Shown here piece by piece: positions 25,066 through 37,707 of a DNA stretch of 64,000 bases. Numbering within the stretch: the first letter of the stretch is position 1; each line of letters begins with the position of its first letter. The translations under genes were made by a program, and so were the position numbers. The notes beneath the pieces were generated by a model. The model did not search any database. It was not told where the DNA came from and saw only the letters and a program-made list of their open reading frames with translations. The stretch is taken from positions 61,442,001 through 61,506,000 of the forward strand of contig CM069135.1 in the NCBI GenBank assembly GCA_035221665.1, in the 5' to 3' direction. The stretch is from Okamejei kenojei. Its lineage: Eukaryota.

Positions 25066-25899
25066 AGATTTACTCCCTGACCAAGTGTACATATGGGATT
25101 ATTAATGATCTTTTTCCTTCTCTTTATCTCTATACCTGCACTGGTATTATAAGGCATGAACGGATGATAAATCCCCAGGATCAAATGGTTTCCTTCAGTG
25201 GGGAAAAATAACTATCAAAAACATTACTGTTTCCATCTGTAGTCTTCCCCATTTCCCTTGCTTTTGGAACTATTCCTTTAGATTGGAAAATCGTGCATGT
25301 CACTCAACTATTTAGGAAAGACAAGCAGGAAAGAAGGAAAGCAGAAAAAGATCGTAACATCTGTTGTTACAAAATCACTAAACATCTTAAAATTTCAATT
25401 ATTCACAGAAAGCCAGGAAGGAAAAGTGAAGAGTAATCGAGTCAGATGAACCCAATTAAATCTCTTGAAGATGTGAATATAATGAATAGGGAATTGTCTA
25501 TGGATATTATTTCCAATAGGAGGTCAACATGATATTCAATTACATTCCTTTAATTAGGAAATTAGCCAATCAGAAGGAAACAGGATAATAGACAGGGATT
25601 TAAATTGTCAAGATATGAACAGAACGATCCTTCATTGCTCTATATTGGGGCAGAACTATTCATTTCATGTGTGAACAACTATATTATAGGGGACAATATA
25701 AGCAGTGTGGATGGAAGCATTAAATTAATAGTGGATGGGCTGAACTGTGCTAAATTAATTTCAGTGAAGCTGAATGTGTGAACATCCACTTTGGATCTAA
25801 AGGATTTAGAATAAAGTACATCATAAACAATATCACAAAAACATTGCCAAGTCAGAGTACAGGAGGAAAACAGAGAGCCTAGTAACATGGAGTCAAAAC

Positions 25900-26650
25900 A
25901 ACCTCTTCCTCAATGTCAGCAACATGAAGCATGCCCCAGTCTGTACAACGGTGCTAAAGTGGAGATGGTCGAAGCTATAAATATCTACATGTAAATATTG
26001 CCAACAATTTTCCCTGGTCAAACACATTGAAGCTATGGCTGGGAAAGCACAACAATACTTCTACTTCCATAGAGGGCTAAGGGAAATTAGTCATTACTCC
26101 AATGATACTTTCTAGTTTCTACAGATGCACCATAGAAAGCTTCTTATCTGGATGCATCGTAGCTCGGTGTGGCAACTGCTCTTCTCAAGATCGTACAAAA
26201 TTGCAGACAATTGTTAAAGCAGCCAGTTCATTGCACAAACCAGTCTCCCACCCTCATCAACTCCATCCATACTTGCTGCTTCGGGAAAGCTGCCACCAAA
26301 AATAATTCTTGCACACACTGGTCATTCTCCCTACTCATATCGTATATTGGATACAAAAGCTTAAATGCCTTTACAACCAGATTCAAGAAGAGTGCTTTTC
26401 CCTGCTATTATCAGATTCTTGAATGTATCGCTCGAAAATTAAGGATGAATTTCCAAGCGACCTCATGTCGTACCATGCACATTTTTATTGATACCTTCTC
26501 TGTAGCTGTGTCACTATATTTGGCATGCTGTTTATTTTCTCTATTGCACATTGATGTACTCACATATGGTATGATTCACATGGATAGCAAGTTAAAAAAA
26601 AGTTTTTCATGGTATTTTGATGCAAAATGACAATAGCAAACCTATACCAA
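25900..26650 (+). mobile_element. Old Rex1-like LINE 3' fragment
   Basis: FYRCTIESFLSGCIVARCGNCS motif. Confidence 0.65.
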
Positions 26651-26882
26651 TAAACTGCGGGGCTGCAGAAAAACTTTAGACACCATGTTCATAGATGACA
26701 AAATGGTCAGGCATATGAAGTAACAATAGGTTAGTGGATTAAAAATTGATGTACAAAACCCACGTTAGATTATATTTGGGATACTGCCAATGGATGGCCG
26801 TTCGATGGATGTATTGGCCAAAGGCAGAGTTGATTAGGTACCCAATCACCAGGAATTAAAATAAATGGAGATATTACATAAA

Positions 26883-27192
26883 GTTTAGTTTAGTTTAGAG
26901 ATACAGCGTGGAAATTAGCCCTTCGACCCACCAAGTCCGCTCCAACCAGCGATCCCCGCACAGTAAACACTCTCCTACACACACTAGGGACAATTTACAC
27001 TTATACCAAGCCAATTAACATACAAACCTGTACGTCTTTGGTATGTGGGAGGAAACCAAAGATCTCGGAGAAAACCCATGCAAGTCACAGGGAGAATGCA
27101 CAAACTCTGTACAGACAGCACCCGTAGTCAGGATCAAACCTGGGTCTACTGGCGCTGTAAGGCAGCAACTCTACCGCTGCGCCACCGTGCCG
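26883..27192 (-). mobile_element. HE1-like SINE
   Basis: Same family as 24770; (CTAAA)n tail. Confidence 0.8.
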
Positions 27193-28025
27193 CCCTAAGG
27201 TTAGGTAATATTCCCTGAAATTTAAGATTCAAAATATGAAGCCATTTGGACAGGATGGAATGTGAGAAACTCTCTTGGTCAGAATGTGTAGTACCAGGGA
27301 GCAAGTTTAAAGCAACAAACAGTGATTGAAACTTGGTCAATGGTTCATTTTAAATCTGAGATTAAATGTTATGGAATACAAAGCAAATGTGAGTATGTAG
27401 ATACTGGTCACAGATCAGTCCTGATCATAGTGAACAGATTGGGTGAAGAGGAGAAAGCGTGATTGGAAGGGAGATGGTGGGAAATGGCTTACCGCTGTTC
27501 TGAGATGAAAGTAAAATATTTACTGCAGGGCTGGAAATCTCAAAAAACAGGAAATGCTGGATATGTTCAGCAGGTCGGGATCAGTAGAGAGCGAAGACGA
27601 GTAAGACTGACAAGGTTTGAGATTATTCACCCATTTTCCCTGCTTTTCTCTCGACAGATGTTACCTGAACTGTTACATCAACATCTTTTGTCCTCATTCC
27701 TATTCTTAGATGCTCTTTGAATGCTCATGTTTTACTATGCCTGTGATTTTAATAATTATTTTTATTTTCAGTTCAATTATATCTGTGGTGTTATCATGAC
27801 TTACGCAGTTTGTCTCAATTTAGCCATTGTGCAGTTGTTAATGACTTTTTCTCTAGGTCCCAATGTGCCCGTGTTGATTTTTTTTTTGCCATTAATCCCT
27901 GTGTGCTTGCAATATTAATGTTGGATTTTAATTGTATTTCAAGAGTACATTTAGTGGCATTAATGCTTGATATACCCGTTTATGCAATGTTATTAAAGAT
28001 TCTTAACCTTTAATGCCATTTTTAG

Positions 28026-28525
28026 TGATGTCACAGTGCAGAATTCTCAGATGCAATTCTCAGTTTGTTTCTGCTACATCTCATCTTGACGATTCTTTGA
28101 ATGAAGACTTTTGTATTGCCTTGCGCTCATATTCGTGGTGCACCCAACGAACTGCTTGGTTCTGCCGTGGGGACCTAATCTACCATTCTGCTGTGCAAGG
28201 AATTGAGGATTTGATGATCCAGCATAACTGTTCCAAGGACGGTAAAGTCTCATTACCTCGACCGCACGTGCCAGCAGATAATCAAGATAATCTACATCTA
28301 CCAGACACTTGCAAATATGAGATGAGCTTTTACTTCAAACAGCGCCAGAAACCAACCTACCTTTACTGTGGCATCTTTGGGAACCTCCACATTCGAACTT
28401 TTTACAATGATTTTCAGACATGTCGAGTTCAGGGAGCGTGGCCGGTGATTGACAACAATTACTTAACCCTGCAACTGACTAATGCACCAATCGCACTACA
28501 TCATAACATTTCAGCAATCAGCAAG
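28026..28525 (+). CDS. HJV: RGM/hemojuvelin-like, second coding exon (RGM_N with RGD motif, start of the vWD-like domain)
   Basis: SQCRILRCN, ALRSY..CT.RTA..CRGDL.YHSAV.GIEDLMIQHNCSKDG and FQTCRVQGAWPVIDN. tttag acceptor and AAG|gt phase-0 donor. RGM family is clear; the HJV symbol is tentative. Confidence 0.9.
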
Positions 28526-28619
28526 GTGAAGTCCTTTGATATAGTTGGTGAATTTTGTGGTCAGACCACCTACGCTAGTATAGTATGCTGGAAAGCTGGC
28601 CCATTCAATTAGATTTGGA

Positions 28620-29015
28620 ATTTAGGAGATTGAGGGGGGATCTTATAGAGGCTTACAAAATTCTTAAGGGGTTGGACAGGCTAGATGCAGGAAGATTGTT
28701 CCCGATGTTGGGAACTCCAGAACAAGGGGTCACAGTTTAAGGATAAGGGGGAAGTCTTTTAGGACCGAGATGAGAAGATCTTTTTTCACACAGAGAGTGG
28801 TGAGTCTGTGGAATTCTCTGCCACAGAAGGCAGTTGAAGCCAGTTCATTAGCTATATTTAAGAGGGAGTTAGATGTGGCCCTTGTGGCTAAAGGGATCAG
28901 GGGGTATGGAGAGAAGGCAGGTACAGGATACTGAGTTGGATGGTCAGCCATGATCATATTGAATGGCGGTGCTGGCTCGAAGGGCTGAATGGCCTACTCC
29001 TGCACCTATTTTCTA
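28620..29015 (+). mobile_element. CR1 3' fragment
   Basis: RRLRGDLIEAYKIL...RTRGHSL...FFTQRVV and a typical 3' UTR. Confidence 0.85.
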
Positions 29016-29321
29016 TGATTCTATGAAATTATCAGAATAAAATTGTTTCCCAATAGGATATTGACAGTATTTAGCACTGACATACAGAAAAAGGATGTAT
29101 TTATCTGTTACAAGGCCCTCAAAGTCAACCTGCTCATGAATGGCAAGGATTTGTGAGGCATATAGGCATACCAGAACAAGCAAACCCTGTGAAGTAGCTT
29201 GAAAAATGCTTTCCCAGTCCAGATTAAAGAAGCAATTTAAATGATTATAAATCACTGAAAGATATTTCTAAACAATACCAAACAAAATTTAGCTTGCAAT
29301 AAATTCAACATTGTATATTCT

Positions 29322-29860
29322 AAAGCCCCTGTCCCACTTTCACGACCTAATTGGTGACCTCTGCCGAGTTTGCCCTTGACTCATACTCACAATATGGTCG
29401 CCACGAGGTCGGAGGAGGTCTTCGTAACTCTTCCTCGTGCTTGTGAGTGGTCTCCGTGTACTCGTGGCCTCAAGTAGGTCACGGCGCTATTTCATGCCTG
29501 ATAAAAAATGTAAAGAAAACAGGTCGGCATGGCAAAAATTGATACTTTTTACTCGTAGGTAGGTCATAGGCAGGTCTTAGTAGGTCGTGATGGTAGTCGT
29601 AGGTAGTCGTAGATAGTCGTAGGTCGGTATCTGGCCTGAGAAAAAAATGCAAACATTATATCATTTTATCATGTGATCATTTTCCACTCGTAGCTAGTCG
29701 TAGTTGGTCTTAGGTGTGGAAGACTGAGGTCGAGGGGGATCATAGGAGGTCGTAAATATAGTCGAAGGAGGTCGTAGACATAGTCGTGGGAGGTCTTTTA
29801 CTTCGGCGAGTCAACACGACCTTGACATTTTTTTCAACTAGTCTAGGGTCTTCTAAACTC
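29322..29860. mobile_element. Harbinger-like non-autonomous DNA transposon fragment
   Basis: Begins taa|agcccctgtcccact, similar to the TIR at 54601; internal gtaggtc repeats; other end not found. Confidence 0.45.
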
Positions 29861-30328
29861 ATGGATTAAGCCATTCTTCTCCATTCCACAGAACAGACAT
29901 GAGATTTCTGTATCAATTCACTCTTGCCCAAAAGATTTTCCAGAATTATTACCAGGAATTCAGCAAGTTTGTGTCCTGTCTCTGAACTCCATGTGCAGTC
30001 CAACAATGGACTGCAACAGGGAAGTTGCCTTCAGACTTTGACCAGCAAGTTCTGTACTTACTGATACATACAGGAAGTAAATACTGACACAAGGAACATA
30101 TTGGTAGCTTGGTGTTGAATTGCAGGTATTTCCTGATAATTTCCAAGCCTTTGACTGCAAGTAGAGTAACAAGAGGGTACTTGAATGCAGTGTACTGAAT
30201 GAATGACTGTGGTGCAATTGCACTGAGAATGCATGAAGAATACAGTAATAGTGAATAAGATTGGAGAAAGAGAATGGAAGAAAATGTAAAATTCAGAAAT
30301 GAATGATTCTTCTTTCATTGATTTACAG

Positions 30329-30946
30329 GTTACTGCTATTTTTAAGAACTCCAAGGAATGCATTGACCAGAAAGTGTATCAAGCTGAAATGGGCAATGTT
30401 CCTGCTGCATTTGTGGATGGTTCTGTAAATGGTGGCTTAAGAAATGGGGCAAACAGTCTGGTTATCAAGAAAATGTTGAGTGCTGGCTACGTGGAGATTC
30501 AAGCAAGTTATATTGGCACGACTCTGATTGTGCGACAGGTGGGTCAGCACCTGAGCATTGCCATCCTCATGCCAGAGGAGGTAGCAAGTTCACATACAGA
30601 GGATCAGGACCTACAACTCTGCTTAACTGGCTGCCCTTTCATTGAAAGGCTTCCGTGGACTACCCACCTCCATAATGCACAAAGGGCCAAAGCCAAATGC
30701 AAAGAGGGCCTGCTGGTTGAAGATAACTACTTCGAATCTTGTGTTTTTGATATCCTGGTGACTGGTAATCCTAATATTTCATTAGCAGCATTCAAGGCTG
30801 TGGAAGATGCAAAAATTTTATACCCAGACAAGGATTTGCTTCATGTGTTCAGGAACTGCTGGCCTGGTAGGCCGATCCCTTCCTGCCTTCCATTGTTGGT
30901 TTCTGTGCTGTGGGTGCTCTTCTGCAACAATATTTTTTTCTTCTAA
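30329..30946 (+). CDS. HJV: RGM/hemojuvelin-like, last coding exon (RGM_C and GPI-anchor signal)
   Basis: cag|GTT acceptor. IFKNSKECIDQKVYQAE, AFVDGSVNGG, VEIQASYIGTT, QDLQLCLTGCP and CKEGLLVEDNYFESCVFDIL, then a hydrophobic C-terminus and TAA. Confidence 0.92.
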   Translation, partial: VTAIFKNSKECIDQKVYQAEMGNVPAAFVDGSVNGGLRNGANSLVIKKMLSAGYVEIQASYIGTTLIVRQVGQHLSIAILMPEEVASSHTEDQDLQLCLTGCPFIERLPWTTHLHNAQRAKAKCKEGLLVEDNYFESCVFDILVTGNPNISLAAFKAVEDAKILYPDKDLLHVFRNCWPGRPIPSCLPLLVSVLWVLFCNNIFFF

Positions 30947-30996
30947 TTCCTGGGTGTCTAAGCACTTAGTCACTGGATGATGTTGCACAAGGAATT

Positions 30997-31320
30997 TTAG
31001 TTTAGTTTAGAGATACAGCGCGGAAACAGGCCCTTCAGCCCACCGGGTCCGCGCCGACCGGCTATCCCCGCACATTAACACTATCCTACACACACACACA
31101 CTATGGACAATCTTTACATTTACCAAGCCAATTTACCTACATACCTATACGTCTTTGGAGTGTGGGGGGAAACCAAAGATCTTGGCGAAAATCCACGCGG
31201 TCATGGGAAGAACATACAAACTCCATACAGACAGCACCCATAGTCGGCCTTCAAACCCGGGTCTCCGGCGTTGCAAGCGCTGTAAGGCAGCAACTCTACT
31301 GTTGAGCCACCATGCCGCCC
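30997..31320 (-). mobile_element. HE1-like SINE
   Basis: Same family as 26883. Confidence 0.8.
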
Positions 31321-32331
31321 ACTTGCCCGTTCATTGCATTTAACATGAAAGTAATTCAGCCTCTGCCCTGGGATCCTCTGAGTATCTGAAGCTTAACTCA
31401 TATTTCATTGTAGCTTCAGATTTTGACTGCCATTACCAACAACGTGGCATAGGTCACAATTAATTGAGTATATGTTTCCAAGTAAACTAAGATCATTATG
31501 AACATAGCCATGGTGGTCTAATCAGATTATCTACTATATATTCGCTTTTCTTAGGTCAAATATCCACTGTGTATAGTTCTGTCAAACAGCTACCCATACA
31601 TAATCCAATCAAATGTTCACCAAGGCCTGTTTTTAGCTCAAATACACAAATCTGTACAGCTTTAGTTTATACACTGTCCTCCCCCATGATAGACCATCCT
31701 GTAGCTTTGAACGTAGTGTATGTATTCCCCATCAATTTAGTAATCCTGCAAAAATAATGCAATAACTATCCACAACACCTCATGCTTTTAGTTGTTGAAT
31801 CTTTATGCTTTCCCCTCATTTAATAGTGTGAAATACAGTAGTAGAAATGTTTGCTGGCCATTTAAAGTGTAACAAAAATAAATCCTTCTATGACTATGAC
31901 GATCTTTAAGAAAACTAATCCCAAAGAATGGAATGGTTTTACAGGATCCCACACCACCATGTATCCACCAACACAAATTGCCTATAAATGAAAGGTGGAA
32001 CCAGAACAGGTTTCTGTTCAGAACAGGAAATTTCACAATTTCCGCGCGTGTGAAATTGTGACAATAAATCTAAAAATCATGATGGTTGAATTTGTAATAA
32101 AAAACTGAGGACTGTACCTATTGAGGCAATTCTCCTCAAATATCTATAGAGAGATATCTATCTATTCTTTTATATATATATACTAGACCAAAGGGGACCC
32201 GTTGGGTCCCGTCCTCTCAACGTGTGGTTGCCGGGGACGGGGACGGGGGGGGTGGGGGGGGGGGGGACGGCCTGTGGTCACACACGCACTAAACACCCCC
32301 CCCCCCAACACACACTAACCACCTCCCCACA

Positions 32332-32690
32332 TAGTAGTAGGCCCCTCTCGGTCATGACTGACCATAGGTGATGCATCCTAGTCGGATGCAAGCCCGGGCA
32401 ATGTCATATGGAGGACAGGTTGTTGCTCAGGCAACAAATCCTCCCTCTCCACGTCGCTGATCGATCCAAAGGAACGGCAGGGCCGTTACAATTTGGCACC
32501 AGCGCCATCGCAGGAGCTGCCAGAACGACAAACTGCCTTAGGGGCTCCGTCTCCGGATTTTCTTGAGGTTTACTCCTGGAACCTTTTCTATGACTGGATA
32601 TGGCCACAAGGCAGTGGAGGTTTTAAATCAGAGTTTTCCCTCTCCTAGATGGACTGCCTTCCCAGGCTGACGAGCCCCCGAGACTCGTGG
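32332..32690 (-). mobile_element. RTE-related SINE-like segment inside the Helitron
   Basis: GGCAGTCCATCTAGGAGAGGGAAAACTCTGATTTAAAACC resembles the recalled RTE 5' motif; (CTA)n tail. Confidence 0.5.
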
Positions 32691-33221
32691 GGGCGGGAGC
32701 GTCTACCTTCCCATGCAGCTGCGGCTAGTATGGACAATGTGGGCCGAATTGATTCTTGGGCTGGCGGTTGATTCTGGGTCATTCGTAACTGTCACTGTAT
32801 GTCATGTTGTTACTTAGCGGCGGAGCACCAAGGCAAATTCCTCGTATGTGAATACTTGGCCAATAAACTTACATACTTACTTACTTACCATTTCAAGCAG
32901 GGTGCAAGGCCACTTGAGACAGCCTCCTCCATCTTGCAGAGACTGAGCCATGCCCACACTTCTGGGTTTTATAGTCCCTCCCCCCCCCCTCCAACCAGAA
33001 GGGGTATGGCCTTCATGGCGTGATTAACAGGAGAGAGAACCTCAACATTTTTTAAACACTAACAACTCTTTTATTTATCATCGATGGGAAACTTCCTCAG
33101 CACCTGATGAGCGGAGGGGGCTCTGAGTAAGATGGCCAAATATCACAGCCGTATTTGGTAGCGTTTTTCTAAAATCAATATAAAGCGCAAACAGATCAAG
33201 ATTAGACTTTTAATTATTTAG

Positions 33222-33410
33222 AAGGCAAGGCGACTTTAATTAGGCAAGGCAACTTGAATTAGGCAAGGCAACTTGAATTAGGCAAGGCAACTTGAATTAG
33301 GCAAGGCAACTTGAATTAGGCAAGGCAACTTGAATTAGGCAAGGCAACTTGAATTAGGCAAGGCAACTTGAATTAGGCAAGGCAACTTTAATTAGGCAAG
33401 GCAACTTTAG
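33222..33410. repeat. 19-bp minisatellite, ~10 copies
   Basis: (aggcaaggcaacttgaatt)n. Confidence 0.95.
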
Positions 33411-34653
33411 CATTTCCAAACCATTGGCAACACAGCTTTAGCTTTTCCAAACCAAAGGCAACATCAGCTCCCGTAGCATACCCTTGATCCCCTTTAGCCA
33501 CAAGGCCACATCCAACTCACTCTTAAATATATGAACTGGCCTCAACTACCCTTGTGGCAGAGAGTATCCAGGACCACCACATTAGGGGCATCTTCCTGAT
33601 CAGGTCCAACCCCTTAAGAATTTTGTAGAGTAAAACCACTCACAGTTTAGTAGACATGTGTAGCCTGTTATTGACAGCTCCGACGGAGACACGTGACCCT
33701 CTCGCTCCCCCATCTTGCAGAGACTGACTGAGGCACTCAACACTTCCGGGTTTTATAGTCCCTCCGGAAGGGGCGTGGCCTTCAGCGGAGAGAGTCTCAA
33801 CATTTTTAAAACACTAATAACTCTTTTATTTTTAATCAATGGGAAAAATACTCTTGTCCTGCGCAGCGGAGGGGGACTTTGAGTAAGATGGCCAAAAATC
33901 ACACCAGTAAATGGCAGCGTTTTTTCTAAATTCAATATATAGAACAACAGGAAGTGGTCAAGATCAGACTTTTAGTAATATAGATTTTCCCTCCACACAC
34001 CCCCACAATCTCCCTCTACCACCCCACTCCCCACCCCATCTCCCACCTCCTCATTTTCCTCATCCTTCCCCCTTCACCCCTATTCCTTCCCCAGGTCATA
34101 GAGCAGCGCCAGGGCCTAGAACTCGGATATGTGAAAATGGGAGGGCTGTGGCCTAGCATTTGGAAGAAGATAGGAAAAGCAGATTGGCACATCGTTGGCA
34201 CAAACAAGACAAAGACTTGTAGTTATATAGAGATGGCTAACAAATGCCAAGGTGGAAAGTGATTCAAACATTCAAAAACATGTTCCCTGTGCCATGAAAT
34301 ATCAGCCCTTACCACCCAGAGTAGAGTTCAACTCTGCATCTACTAACTTGGTGGTGAAATTGCAGCAGTGTAGAAAACCTAGCAGTGCATGATGATTATT
34401 ACCGATCACATTACTTGCACAAGTTACTCAATTCTTTTCAACTTTACCTAATTATTAATTGGGTAGAGTGTGACTTGGCATTACCATTAATTATTCAAAA
34501 ATATTCTGGCCAAGATTTCTGCCCTCACATTTATAGAGTCATACAGCATGGAAATAGGTTCGTTGGCACAACTCATTAATACTGACCAAGATGCCCCATC
34601 TAAGCTAGTCCCATTTAATCACATTTGGCCCATTTCCCCATATACTCATAAGC

Positions 34654-35570
34654 CTAAGTAGGACCCATTGGGTCCCTGTCACACGGGAGGCCTGGTCCCC
34701 CAACGCAACCCGTTCCCCATCGCAATATTCCATCACTCACCCATAGCCCCCAACTGCGCAGGCGTGACTCATTTCCCCTCATCCCCCAGCACTCCCTCCC
34801 CCTTCTCTTCGTCCTCCCTCTCCTTCCCTCCCTCACCTCTCCCACCCTCACCTCTCCCTCCTTCTCCTTTCCCCTACCCTCAGTCACTCCCTCCATAACT
34901 CCTCTCCCCTCCCTAACCCTCTCCTATCCCTCTATCCCCCACCTCCCCCACTCCTCATCTCCCCCACTGCCCTCCTCTCCCTCTATTCCCCACTCCATAC
35001 CTCCCCCACTCCCCCCTCCTCTCCCTCTATTCCCCCTCCTCCCCACTCTCCCTCCTTACCTCCCCCACTTTCCCCCCTCTCCCTCCCTACCCCCTCCTCT
35101 CCCTCAATTCCCCCACTCTCCCTCATCGCCCCAGGATGGCCTCAGAGCCAGGCTCAGTGCCCAGGCCCCGGATCGTCGGCACCCACAGATGCAGCCCCAC
35201 CCGCTCTCCACCCTGCAGAGCATTAGTGATGCACATTCTGCTGACTCTGCTCCTTCAGCTTTATTCTCCTCACCGGGTGAGGCAGGCACAGTGACTGACA
35301 GCGGGCGTGGCCAATCAGTGCAGCGATGGTATAGGAAGGGGCGTTGCTGTCCTGGCCGTGGCAGTGATTGACAGGAGAGGAGACCAATCTGCGCATGCGT
35401 GCTTTTGAAGATTTGTAAACCATAATAACTTTTAAAATATACCATAGATCGGAACAAACTCGTTGCCCTTGCAGCAGAGGAGAATGGCGAGTAGGGTGGC
35501 AAAAGATTGTTGTGTTATCGTGTACCGTGTTTGCGCAAAGAGAAAAACCACACAAACCGGAAGATGACGA
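34654..35570 (-). mobile_element. Possible second Helitron-like element with a pyrimidine-rich low-complexity tract
   Basis: ggaccc-att-gggtcc hairpin similar to 32194; terminal CTAG degenerate; runs into the gap. Confidence 0.4.
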
Positions 35571-35704
35571 NNNNNNNNNNNNNNNNNNNNNNNNNNNNNN
35601 NNNNNNNNNNNNNNNNNNNNNNNNNNNNNNNNNNNNNNNNNNNNNNNNNNNNNNNNNNNNNNNNNNNNNNNNNNNNNNNNNNNNNNNNNNNNNNNNNNNN
35701 NNNN
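35571..35704. other. Assembly gap
   Basis: Run of N. Confidence 1.
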
Positions 35705-37068
35705 AAGAACTGCAGATGCTGGAGAATTGAGGGTACACAAAAGGCTGGAGAAACTCAGCGGGTGCAGCAGCATCTAAGGAGCGAAGGAGATAGGCGACGT
35801 TTCGGGTCGAGACCCTTCTTCAAACTGGTCAGGGATCAGGGAAATGAGAGATATAGACGGTGATGTGGTAGAGATATAGACGGTGATGTGGCTACCTGGA
35901 CTACTCTTCCTCCCACCCTGCTTCCTGTAAGGACTCCATGCCCTATTCCCAATTCCTCCGTCTATGCCGCATCTGCTCCCAGGATGAGGTGTTCCACACC
36001 AGGTCATCACAAATGGCCTCATTCTTCAGAGAACGGGGATTCCCCTCCCCCACTATAGATGAGGCTCGCACCAGGGTCTCCTCCATACCCCACAACACTG
36101 CCCTCTCTCCCCATTCCCCCACTCGCAAACAGGGAAGAGTCCCCCTGATCCTCACCTTTCACCCCACCAGCTAGCAAATACAACACATAGTCCTCCACCA
36201 GTTTTGCCACCTCCAACGTGACCCCTCCACTCGCTACATCTTCCCCCCATCTGCCTTCCGCAAAGACCGCTCCCTCCGCAACTCCCTTGTCAATTCTTCC
36301 CTTCCCTCCCGCTCTACCCCTTCCCCGGGCACTTTCCCTTGCAACCGCAAGAAATGCTACACTTGTCCCTTCACCTCCCCCCTCCACTCCTTTCAGGGAC
36401 CCAAGCAGTCCTTCCAGGTCCGACAGAGGTTCACCTGCACCTCCTCCAACCTCATCTACTGCATCCGCTGCTCCAGATGCCAGATGATCTATATCGGTGA
36501 GACCAAGTGGGGGCTTGGCGATCGTTTCGCCGAACACCTCCGCTCGGTCCGCAATAACCAACCTGACCTCCCGGTGGCTCAGCACTTCAACTCCCCCTCC
36601 CATTCCATATCCGACCTCTCGGTCCTGGGCCTCCTCCACGGCCAGAGTGAACAACACCGCAAGTTGGAGGAACAGCACCTCATATTCCGCTTGGGGAGTC
36701 TGCATCCTCTGGGCTTGCACATTGAATTTTCTCAATTCTGTTAACCCTTGCTGTCTCCTCCCCTTCCCACCTCTCCCTCAGCCCTCAAGGCCCTGGCATT
36801 CCCCCTCTCTCTCTCCCCCACCCTAGTCGCACTAGCTTCTCATTTTCACACCACAAACAGCTTACAATGGCTTTTCTCTTTATCATCGATACTTTTTTGC
36901 ATATCTTTCATTAATTGTTCTTTATCTCTTCACATCACCGTCTATATCTCTCGTTTCCCTGATCCCTGACCAGTCTGAAGAAGGGTCTCGACCCGAAACG
37001 TCGCCTATCTCCTTCGCTCCTTAGATGCTGCTGCACCCGCTGAGTTTCTCCAGCCTTTTGTGTACCCT
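35705..37068 (+). mobile_element. 5'-truncated Penelope-like element (Neptune-like) with an inverted pseudo-LTR
   Basis: One frame from ~35893 to 36744 with a single stop: YLDYSSSHP thumb, Cys linker CNRKKCYTC, and GIY-YIG NLIYCIRC..C..IYIGET...RFAEH. 35730-35866 is the reverse complement of ~36931-37068. Confidence 0.92.
36975..37002 (+). ncRNA. Minimal hammerhead ribozyme motif in the Penelope pseudo-LTR
   Basis: CTGAAGA-A-GGGT(CTCG)ACCC-GAAA-CGTC: CUGANGA and GAAA boxes, stem II, palindromic ACGT stem III and a GUC triplet. Confidence 0.65.
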
Positions 37069-37675
37069 ATCTTTCACTGTTCTTGATTCCCCTGGTTTCC
37101 CTGGTTGTATCTGACAATATTTGTGCAAGATATAAAAACAGAAATCAGTTAGCTAAAAATAAACAGTATTTATATTATAGCACTCTGCATGAATGTAGCA
37201 AAATATTCCCCCTTTTTACTTTGACGCTGCGTGCGAAATTTAAATTTTATTCTATGGCTGCCGTTGCGAGAAAAGGTCCGTTTTAAAACTTGTGCTACAC
37301 TGGGCAATTAATTTATAATATTTCACATCCAGTCATGAATACGGATATTCAAACAGATTATCAACAGCTTGATCTAAGAAGTGGATAGTAATGAGCATTT
37401 TTAATTAGGAAGGAAGTACATAGGCACAGTGAATTAGTGGGAATTCCAAAATGTAAGATCTTGGCACCTGAAAGCAGACTTTCAATTGATGGGGAAAATT
37501 AAACTCAAGATGTTCAAGTGGGCAGATGTAGAGGGATATGATGATCACAGGTGGTTGTTTATCTGCAGCTGATTGCAATGAAAGGGAGGGGGCAGCCAAA
37601 AATAGATTTCAAAACATGAATGATATCCAGTGAATGATTCCATAATTGCTCCGTCACCTTCTGCTAGTCGTCCAC

Positions 37676-37676
<1 letters not shown>

Positions 37677-37707
<31 letters not shown>
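37677..37707. repeat. (CTG)10 microsatellite
   Basis: Read directly from the sequence. Confidence 0.95.

Larger units (their letters stand above)
32183..33984 (-). mobile_element. Composite non-autonomous Helitron
   Basis: Minus strand starts A|TC (33984) and ends GGGACCC-AAC-GGGTCCC hairpin + CTAG|T (32183), inserted in an AT dinucleotide with no TSD. Confidence 0.8.

Noticed and set aside
33222-33410. CRISPR-like array (also considered for 8671-9137 and 39990-40228)
   Set aside because: Head-to-tail repeats without unique spacers, eukaryotic context, and no cas genes.
35223-35863. ORFs containing X runs
   Set aside because: Artefacts of the N gap.
36019-36735. 238-aa minus-strand ORF
   Set aside because: Antisense shadow of the Penelope ORF.
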